DNA of 64,000 nucleotides from Tubiluchus corallicola (taxonomy: Eukaryota > Animalia > Priapulida), in NCBI GenBank assembly GCA_030141605.1, contig JAQGDQ010000872.1:1-64000 (forward strand), written 5' to 3'. Under the pieces are notes generated by a model, which was not told the origin of the DNA, did no database searches, and was given only the letters and a program-made list of their open reading frames with translations. This document shows positions 54,507 through 64,000 of this stretch, in pieces. Both the position numbers and the translations under genes were made by a program. Numbering within the stretch: position 1 is the first letter of the stretch; every line of letters starts with the position of its first letter.

Positions 54507-55380
54507 TTAAATATATCCACAACAATCATTATAGCATTGTACATAAAAGTATTTAATAACATATTTATTATTATGTACACAAGATGCCAAGCCGCAAATG
54601 GGAATGTGGACTGAGTGTAATAGAAAAGAGCAGTAAAGGAGTAGAAAGAAAGGTTAATAGAAAATAGAAAGAAGGAGAAAGATGTGATGGTATCTGTATG
54701 AAGTAACGTGAACTATAGAAATGTAAAAATTGACATAGCCAGCAACGCAATGGATTCCCACAGGGACAGCAGTGTAATTAATCAAATTGATTTATTCTGT
54801 ATAATTAGAAAAGATTTCACTTTTAAGATTTCTTTTGATGTTATTTATAGATAAAGAATTTTTTATATATGCGTTGTTTTTTCAAAATTGGAGTCTTTTC
54901 AACGCTTTTTTGAACTAATTGCTTTACCAGAGTGCCCCTATGTGTTTTTGAAATGAGTGCACATTTGCCCAACTCTGTCAACGTTGACTGATTGAACCAA
55001 GGATCAAATTGCCCCAAAATCTTATTATTATAATGCTCTTTTCATACAATTGTCTAACAGTAGGCTTTTTATTGCATTCCATTTTTAATACAAAATAGCA
55101 ATTATGCACTTCCTTTGAAACTATATCTTCCTCGTGTTTTGATTTTAAACACAAAATTAATATGTATAATCAATACCTTAACCCTTTCACTACATTGTTG
55201 CTTTTTAACTGGGTCACTTTGACCTTTGCACATTTGACAATAACTTCTTGTGGTGTGTTACTAAAAGTTAATCTTGTAAATGATCAAATTGTTGTTCGTT
55301 ATTGAGTACTAATGTTAAATATTAGTGCTATTTCTAGACACGCACACACATGCACTAACGCACACACATGCACACACACT

Positions 55381-55411
<31 letters not shown>

Positions 55412-58400
55412 ATACATGCACACAATCATAAATAAGCATGTACTTATATTTTAGAAACCAGTTTTCACAAAAAACACAAAACTTATCCATAATATGCATT
55501 CATTTTATAAGTATGCAGTTTAATCAGCTAAATATACATTTCACCAACGATCTACAAGTGATTTTGCATGAGAACAAACCATAGAATGCGCCTGGCTTTA
55601 AACACTTATTGGCTGGTTAGCATTACTTGTTGCCAAGCAACCCCAATCCCACAGCTGTTAAACTTTTCTACAATGTTTTTACGTGGCCGTAGCAGAGAAA
55701 TAAACAGACCTGGATGACTGAGCTTAGTGCTGAGCTTGGGCGGCAGTCTACCGTCTTCCGTCCCTTGCATGAAAACATAGGTGGCAGTGTGCTTATATGA
55801 ATTCCTGTAGATTTTATTAAAACTTTAATCTTTTGCAAGTTAATAACTCACTCAAAATCAATGATCTTAATTAAGAACTTTTTTCTTTGCTTAATAAATG
55901 ACATATGTACTCAACTATGTAATAGACAGTAGGCTACTGCTTCACTAAACATGTATGTGCAAAAAAAGGTTAAAAATTTCATCACTACAAATTTCATGCT
56001 ATGATTTGCTTGAATGTTACTTAAAAAACTAGCAAATTTTACAATTCATACTTGTCAGTTACCATTATGACTATGTCGCATTGACAATACATTATATAAT
56101 ATTATACATTATACAATACGTAATATTAACTCCTTCAGGACCGTAAGAGTTTGCTGCATTTTGCATTGGTTCAGAAAAACTTCTCTCTCACTAAGTAATG
56201 ATTGCTTAATATTTGATAATTGGGCTTTCACACGATGGGCTTTCATGGAAAATTATACATTTGCTTATTTTAGAGCTTAGACAAATTAAAAATCGTTTTG
56301 ATGAAAAAATTGAAAAAAAGCTTTCAGTAGCTACAGTATTTGCACCGTAACAATGTACAGTATCACTTGTGTGAAATCCGTTAATGCAGAAAATTTCAAC
56401 TATCCAGACATACACTTTTGCCTCAAGTCTACTCTATTTATAAGGAGAAATTTCTGTTAAAAGTTGGGACGACCTTAATTTGTCCTTGGCTGATTGGTTG
56501 TTTTTTCCTGGAATTGGCAACAGAATTTTGTATAGCAGACAGTTCTCTTGGGCTGTAGCATTTATAAATGCTTAAACAAATAGCATGATAGGACAGCCAA
56601 GATTCTCCTGAATAGAGATAGCAATTACCTAATTTGTATTCAGTTACATTGAAAACTTAATTACATGTGAAAACAGCAGAGCAGTTGCAAAACTGAGGCT
56701 GTTTCTCTGAGTGTCTAATTATTTAGTCTAATTGGCTTTTAATCATTTCATTAGATTGACCATGTCATTGAATCACATCCAGCATACAGAGAGCTGATGG
56801 CTTCTCTTCTGGAGGGGTGAGCATTACTAGTCTTTTTTCTGTTAGTCTCATTTTACTAGTTGTAGAGCTGGCAAAAGTTTGACACAAAGTTACAACTTAA
56901 AAATACACAATATGTTTACATTTGTGTCTGTTACAGGATGCTTTCCTGGGTGTATCAAAATTTTATGACTCCCTAGGCTAATATTTCTGTCCCGCCCATC
57001 TCTATTGTGAATTTATGGCTGTTTATGTAACGATCAGATTAAACAATTACTTGTGGTGTATTAGAAACACTATTAACGTAATTTCTATGTGGTCATTATT
57101 AATTACATGTATTTGCATGGTGCTTATATTCAAGCAGGCTGCGCAAATACTTGTTGTGTAATACCTTGCTCTTGTTCGTTATGTGACACTTATATAGGAG
57201 CTGCTTTCGATAACTGTCTGTGGTGTATCATAAAATGCACCCTTTACATGAATATGAAAGTATACACCTTTTCCGAGGAAAATAAGATTTTTTTCTAAAA
57301 TGTGACGCCCCTCAAAATGTGACGCCCTAGGCTATAGCCTCGTTAACCTGTTGATTAATACGGCCTTGGATGCTTTACTTTGTGCCTAACAGAAGTTAAT
57401 GTTTTTCGACATAACTAACACTTCATCAGATTTAACGAGTATAATATTCCATTTTGCAGGACCAATGTTGCGAGAAACTTTGTAAAATTTACCGCTCCAA
57501 ATCTATGAATAAAATATGAATTTATATCACAACACGTTGAACATTATATGGCTTTAAAATATATATGAAATCTCTTCTACTCGAATCTTACTTATAATGC
57601 ATTTTTTAGGAAGTTTGATGGACACAGTACATCCCGCGTCTGGTTACAAAAGGGTTGATATTTTCATACTTTACATCATATCTCTACTGAACTCCTGTAT
57701 TTCATTTCTCTTCTCTCTTTCTCTACCTTATTCTATTATTTTATCTTTACTATTCCCTGTTTTTCTATAATTCTTTCTCTTGTTAATTAAGCAGTTTTTT
57801 CTCCACTTTTCATGGTGGTTTCACAGGCGTTGCTTCTTGACCACCATGCAGCATATATTCCCTGTTGATAAACAACATTACAATTATTGTAACTACAATT
57901 GATTTATAATAGTTACAATGTGATGATGGAAATTGTAATTATGCTGAACTGGATAGTAAATTACAATTACAAATTACAACGGAATAACTCATTTCAGAAG
58001 TCACGTACAAGAACTGCTCAATGAAAGACTACGAAATCTTGCCAAAGTTAGCAGCTGCTGGGTCGCAAACCTTGCTGGCACTCTGCATGTTTATCCAGAT
58101 TTCCATGGAAACAGATCACCACTAGCTGATAGTGGCCTTTTGGGAATGGTAGGTATTATAAGTGTCTCAGGTCCTGAGTATTACGTTTCGTGTGAGATTT
58201 GCTATCTTGTTCATTGTTTCATGTTTTGACAAGTAAAGATAAATCTTAACTGAATCTTTATTACATATTATACGCTTGTGGTTAATATACGTGTGCCTGC
58301 AAACCAAAATCGTCCATAAGTCGGCATAGTTAAAACTACATTATGATGATTCAAAGTAAAATGTATCGAAAATTTGGTCAAATGTCAATTTTTCGTTTTT

Positions 58401-61400
58401 ATAAAAACAAATGCTAAATATATTGGACTTTTATATTCTATTTTCGAATGATCAAGAAAATGTTTAAAAAATAGTGAAAGTTAGTTTTATAACCCCGTGC
58501 TTTTTTTATCTAGAAACTAGTACTACAACATGTAAAAAACTTGTATTTTCAAACTCCGATAGTAGCTCGTGGTAGCAGTCATTTTGCTTTGGGTCTTTCT
58601 CTGTTTACAAGTCCAGGCTTTCTTCGGGAAGAGCCATTTGCTGGATTTAAACATAACTTCAATGTGCTCTTGCAAAGTCCATAGCAACCAACATTTCTGC
58701 AGTTGCTAAGTGTTTTATAGAAACGCAACAAAAAACAATGGCTGACTTTAACAGTGATTTTCTCAAGATTTGGTTTTTCATTGTGGAGCCTGCACCTCAA
58801 CTTCAATGTGGATTATCTGAGCTTAGAAATAACATAGAGCAATGAGCTTGAATTTGGTATCAATTCGATCTTCATGAAATGGAGATTTGGGGCATATGAA
58901 TAACTAGAAAAGCTTAACTGCCGACTTATGGAGCATTTTGTTATGCAAGCACACATATAACATCTCAAATTTTGTTTTAATTTTGTACAGTGAATAATTA
59001 CATTTGTGCAAATTGAAATCTGGTAGATCAAAGAATATATCATAAACCGTGAAACTGATATAAATATTTTTTTATTACTTTGTCAAATTCTGTTCTGCAC
59101 TTGATGTCTCTTTTGATGCTCCATTATCATACATGTATTATGATTTTAATGGACTCCAGTGTCTTTTCAATACTTTGCAGGTATCTGGTTTGTCATTGGA
59201 TAACTCCGTCTCCAACTTGGCTGTATTATACCTAGCAACAATCCAGGCGCTTGCCGTAAGCATCTTCAAATTTTATTTAAGTATAAAAGAATGACATATC
59301 GGCTAAAGTTCACAATTTCTCACACATAAGAAATTAGTTCATGAAGTGGATTAGGATTAGGGTTAGGATTTGCATTAGCGTTAGTGTTAGGATTAGGATT
59401 AGCATTAGGATTTGCATTAGTGTTAGTGTTAGGATTAGGATTAGTGTTAGGATTTGCATTAGTGTTAGGATTAGGATTAGTGTTAGGATTTGCATTAGTG
59501 TTAGGATTAGGATTAGTGTTAGGATTTGCATTAGTGTTAGGATTAGGATTAGTGTTAGGATTTGCATTAGTGTTAGTGTTAAGATTAGGATTAGGGTTTG
59601 TGTTAGGATTTGCATTAGTGTTAGTGTTAGGATTAGTGTTAGGGTTAGTGTTAGGATTAGTGTTAGGATTAGGGTTAGGGTCAGTGTTAGGATTAGTGTT
59701 AGGATTAGGGTTATGATTAGTGTTAGTGTTAGTGTTAGGATTAGGATTAGTGTTAGGATTTGCATTAGTGTTAGGATTAGGGTTAGGATTTGCATTAGTG
59801 TTAGGATTAGGGTTAGGATTTGCATTAGTGTTAAGATTGGGATTAGGGTTAGGATTTGCATTAGTGTTAAGATTAGGATTAGGGTTAGGATTTGAATTAA
59901 TGTTAAGATTAGGATTAGGGTTAGGATTTGAATTAGTGTTAAGAATAGGATTAGTGTTAAGAATAGGATTAGTGTTAGGATTAGGATCAGGGTTTGTGTT
60001 AGGTTATTTAAACTGTGGTTTAATTGTAAACTCCTTCCGACGTATTTTGGTAAAAAAATATAGTTTTTACTTTTTATTAATACCCTTAAATGTTGGTTAA
60101 AACATTTGTGTTGCTTAGTTCATTGTAAGCACCTTCTCTTTCAGTATTCCACCAAGCATATAATAGAAGCAATGACCACAAGTGGACACCAGTTTGAGCT
60201 TTTGGTTATGTGTGGCGGATTAAACAAAAATGAACTTTATTGTCAGACGCATGCAGATGTTACAGGTAATTCCAAAGTGCACGAATTTTGTAGAGCAGCA
60301 GACCCCCCTGCATGACTTATGGGCACGGCGGAGTCGTGACTCAACCACCTTCTTAGCTATTATTTTGATGATGCAATTTCAAAGCTTTGACGGCGCAAGC
60401 CAAAAATTTGCACAGCTAGTCATTCAGTACCTTAATTAACCTAATTAAGTTAAATCAGTGTGTAGGGATGTTACTGCAATGCAATTGTCATTTCGGTTTG
60501 CCAATAATTGCACTTTTGGTTAAGTTTCGGTTTCGGCAAAATTTATTAAGTTTCGCAGCCGAAATTTCAGATAATATTTGTACCATGTTTCCGGATTTTA
60601 ACAGTATTTATCCAATTTACCTTTTCTTTCCTCCTAGATGTCAAAACCGCTGAAAAGTCTTAGCTAAATTAGTTCAATTAAATTTCGTTTACATAACTGT
60701 TTGTAACTTGCTTTTACCGGCAATGCGGCATATCTTCAATGCTGACGACTGTGAAGTTTTAGGGTCTCCAGGCCCAGTCAACCGAAAAATCATACCACGT
60801 TTGAATTTATTGGAGGAAAATCACATTTAATTTTATAATTTATGAGATATAGGCAAAAAAATATCTACAAATAAAATTTGTTTATTTTTAATGAAGCATT
60901 ATGATCTTCAAACATTAACCATTAAGGATATTTAAATCCAAAAACATTAAAACACATTTTCTAAGGTAAGTCACTCCATCAAACTTGAGGTTCTTGACTA
61001 TAAAACTTCCTTCTCCCTTTTGTATTACAATTTTTTATCAATAATTTTACATCACAGGAAATAAAAAACAAAATATTTTACTTATTTTAGAATTTTTTTT
61101 CAATTTTAGTAGTATTTGGTCTGCAAAAATGCTTCAGTTCAGTTTTGTTTCCGTATCGGTTTCCGTTGTTTCATAAAGTTCAGTTTCGGTTTGTAAATTC
61201 AGTTTCCGTACCATCCCTGTCAGTGCCGCAGGCCTTGAAGTATTTCATTTTTCTCACGAGGAACAGTTGATGCAAGCGTCACGAATTGTGGAAGATTTTC
61301 ACTCGTTTTCGTGGTGTGTTTGTCGTTTTGTTTATTTACTCATACATGGTTTTCCATGAATGTGTAGTACATGCACACACAAACGTTTTGTGTAGAAATC

Positions 61401-62174
61401 TACACACTTGTGCTTTCTTCTTCTTCTCCTTCTAACTCTCATTCCATCTATTGTAGGCATTGAGGTATCAAAATTTATCAGAGTATTCCAACCACTTCTA
61501 TCTGCAGCTAACAGTGTAAGTTCTTCTGCTCCTAAAGATAGATTTGGTTGAAGTTGTTGAACATCTTTATTTATCTTAGCTATACACGGTGTTTTAGGTT
61601 TACCAGATGGTTTTTTGCAAGGTTTTAAGGCTTCCTTTAAGGCGATTCTTACTGGTTCGTCATTTGGTAATCTTAGAAGACGCCCTAGCCATCTTAATCT
61701 TTGGATCTTGACTTTTGAACTCCAATAAATTTCTTTCATTCTAATGTATAAATCTTCATTTTTGATTATGTATGGCCATCTTATCTTTAAAACTTCCCCT
61801 AGAAGACTTCTTATGAAATGTGTCAATCTGGTTTTTGCATAATCGTTAAACCCGAAGTTTATTGTACATAAATATGCTGGTAACGTAAGCATTAAATAAT
61901 CCAAGTCTAATGTTAAGACTTAATTTCTTGCTAGTTAATACATTCTTGTGCTTTGAGTGATTTATATTTTCGAAAAATTCCCAATTCTTCCCAAGTGTAT
62001 CGCCGGGTTTTTTCCAGGTTTGCGGGTAATAATTCCGGATGTGGATAAATCCGTAGTACTGGGTTCTGCAATGCTGGGTGCTACAGCTTCTGGCGACTTT
62101 TCCTCGATCACCGATGCAATGAGATCGATGTCTGGTTGCGGACGACTACTTCATCCTCGACACAAAGACGTGGA
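41958..62174 (+). CDS. FGGY: FGGY carbohydrate kinase domain protein (D-ribulokinase-like); 12 exons seen, terminal exon not found
   Basis: Exons 41958-42143, 42975-43089, 44870-45110, 46494-46621, 51209-51337, 53887-53987, 54145-54252, 56755-56816, 57998-58148, 59181-59255, 60145-60265, 62018-62174; phases consistent. Motifs: [52 protein letters not shown]. Candidate initiator ATG|GTATGT at 40996-40998. Confidence 0.93.
43176..44510. mobile_element. Non-autonomous TIR element with TTAA flanks (Kolobok-like)
   Basis: TTAA|AGGAAGACAGGATGA...TCATGTCTTCCC|TTAA with ~120-bp imperfect inverted arms; an extra arm at ~44700-44862. Confidence 0.6.
46921..47338. mobile_element. MITE with long TIRs and CAAATGT subterminal repeats
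   Basis: TAGGTTTGACATGTCAAATGTAGAC / GTCTACAATTGACATGTAAAACCTA. Confidence 0.75.
48378..51196. repeat. 75-bp tandem satellite, ~37 copies, in an FGGY intron
   Basis: Unit GGAACAGCATCATCACTTCTCATTTATCATGTTGACAGTTTAGATACAATCAATTACAATGTATCAACTGGTAGA; some units have a 7-bp deletion. Confidence 0.97.
51633..53398. repeat. 78-bp tandem satellite, ~22 copies, in an FGGY intron
   Basis: Unit contains CCTGCAGGGGCACACTG and ATACCGGTCC; unit length is divisible by 3, which gives long repetitive ORFs. Confidence 0.97.
59350..60005 (+). repeat. Degenerate telomere-like hexamer array (TTAGGA/TTAGTG/TTAGGG/TTTGCA)
   Basis: Nearly unbroken 6-bp period over ~650 bp in an FGGY intron. Confidence 0.9.
60463..61219. 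mobile_element. hAT-like MITE
   Basis: TAGGGATG(T)TAC / GTACCATCCCTG ends; TTTCGG subterminal repeats; flanks TCAGTGTG / TCAGTGCC. Confidence 0.7.
61410..61900 (-). mobile_element. RTE-like LINE 3' fragment
   Basis: [15 protein letters not shown]...[13 protein letters not shown]...GKPKT...LAADRSGW; (GAA)n tail. Confidence 0.8.
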
Positions 62175-64000
62175 GTAAGTCTTCTAGCTACAATTTTCAA
62201 TACAGTTTTTACCATTACCGTCAGTCTTTTTACTAAATTCATAATAAATTTTTTCCACAAGTTTGTTGCAGTTTTCGGGTCTTTGTGTAACAAGTACCTG
62301 ACTTCCTTTCAATTGTGTGTTTGCAAACCAAAACCATCCATAAGTCGGCGGAGTTAAAACTAAAATCAATTTTTCGTTTTTTGTGAAAACAAACACTAAA
62401 TATATTGGTGTTTTATATTCTTGCAACGTGGATGCAGTTCATTTTGCTTCGGGTTTTTTTCTTGCCAAGCCCAGATATTCGCCAGGAAGAGTCATCTACT
62501 GGATTTAAACATAACTTCAACGTGCTCTTGCAAAGTCCATAGCAACCAACATTTGTGCGGTTGCTAAGTGTTTTGTAGAGATGCGACAAAAATAATGGTT
62601 GACTTTGAAGCACTTCATAGGTGTAGTATGCACCTCAACTTCAACATGGATTATTTCATTTTAGCAATAACACAGAGCGATAAGCTTGGTATCAAAATGA
62701 TCTTGATGAAATCAAGAGTCAGGATATGTGAATAACTGGGAAAGCTTAATTGCCGACTTATGGACGTTTTTGCTATGCAAGTTTTAAATACACGAAGAAG
62801 CCATGCTCTAAAGAGTCAACATGAAGTTTATTAAGTGCAGGTGATCATTTCTACAGCAACGTCATTATTCATGCTAGAAGTCAAACAAATAATTAGAGCC
62901 CAGAGCCGCACCGTTTCAACTGAGCTCCAGCCGGTTTATTTCTACAGTTGACCTATGTTTGGGCTTTCAAAACCAAATTTGAAGCTAGATTACATTTTGC
63001 TCTTTCTTCCTTCTTTATTTACCAAAACATATCATTCCATCTAAACAAAACCATAAACAAATGACAAAAAATAAATAACATAATTCAGAGTTTCATACTG
63101 CACCGTCGCATTAATCAATAAATAGCTTTTATCTAATAGTAAATTTAAATTTTATAAAGTAATTTGAGTATATACGTACGTTTTTAGCCCCAAATCATGA
63201 GCAATTGCAACAGATAACGACAACATTTAATCAACCCACAATGACACGTCCTCACTTCACACGCCTCTGACACCGATCAAACTGATCACGTGTCCGGGCC
63301 AAAAAATCACCACAAGGTGGCCAAAGCCAACAACAAGTGAAGGCCGCAAAGCACGCCAATGCCAGATTTCCAGTACAAAGTAGCTGATAAGAAACCAGCT
63401 TTATTCGACAGGTCAGCTGGTCAGTGATGGGAGTCGAGCTAGCCGACAATTTTGCCGGCTGCGAATAATCACGTGACACTGCAAATCACTGGTTCAAATA
63501 TGGCAAACGCTTTGCGGATTCGCGGCCAGATTGTGCGTGTGCTGTCAGAGACACTAAACTTTAGAAATTTTTGAACGAGAAAGCTGGTCAATTCTAAATT
63601 AAATATACAAATGGCAACATAAGTCACATGCACGGGATCATTTAGGTGTTTTGGTATTGATTCGTTGGTAATCAAGATAAGCCTCGCCAAGAGTTGTATT
63701 TAAATTACATTTGCACTAAATCCATTGCTTTTTTAAAATAATAAAAAATGATCTCTAATGCATTATTTGAATTTGTACATCAGCTTTTTTCTGTGTTTAA
63801 GCAACAAGAATTATTTTAAAAAATCTGTCTTCATAATTTAACAGTTAACTAACAATTTATCATTTATTTAGTTAACAAAAATTCACGTTTTAGCTGACTA
63901 AGCTGATTTATTCTTTAAGTCAACTCAGCTGAAAAGTCAGTCAACTTCAACCGAGCTAGCTGATTTACTGTGTGAGTCAGCTGATGTAGTAGCAACTGTC

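Noticed and set aside
63080-63130. Terminal FGGY exon
   Set aside because: The AG sites here give peptides with no resemblance to the FGGY C-terminus; the exon probably lies beyond the window.

Overview
AT-rich, intron-rich animal (probably invertebrate) genomic DNA. Bases 1-1756 are a GC/CpG-rich, intronless segment that looks like the right end of a Polinton/Maverick (endogenous DNA virus-like element). It carries a divergent TATA-binding protein (TBP)-fold ORF and a motif-rich candidate terminal inverted repeat whose reverse complement starts AGTAG. Host DNA follows with four genes: (i) a single-ORF C8orf76-like gene (-); (ii) a complete 9-exon ceramide glucosyltransferase UGCG (-); (iii) a complete 10-exon, probably secreted carboxylesterase-family gene lacking the catalytic Ser and His, nested on the same strand inside the ~17.9-kb UGCG intron 1; (iv) a divergently transcribed FGGY carbohydrate kinase (+) whose last exon was not found in the window. 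Introns hold many MITEs (hAT-, piggyBac-, Tc1/mariner-like), LINE fragments, a V-SINE, two copies of a 5S rRNA-headed SINE, and several unrelated tandem arrays (21/23, 51, 62, 75, 78, 83 bp units and a telomere-like hexamer). Exon models were read by eye from GT-AG boundaries and frame continuity. Family names rest on remembered motifs, not on database searches.
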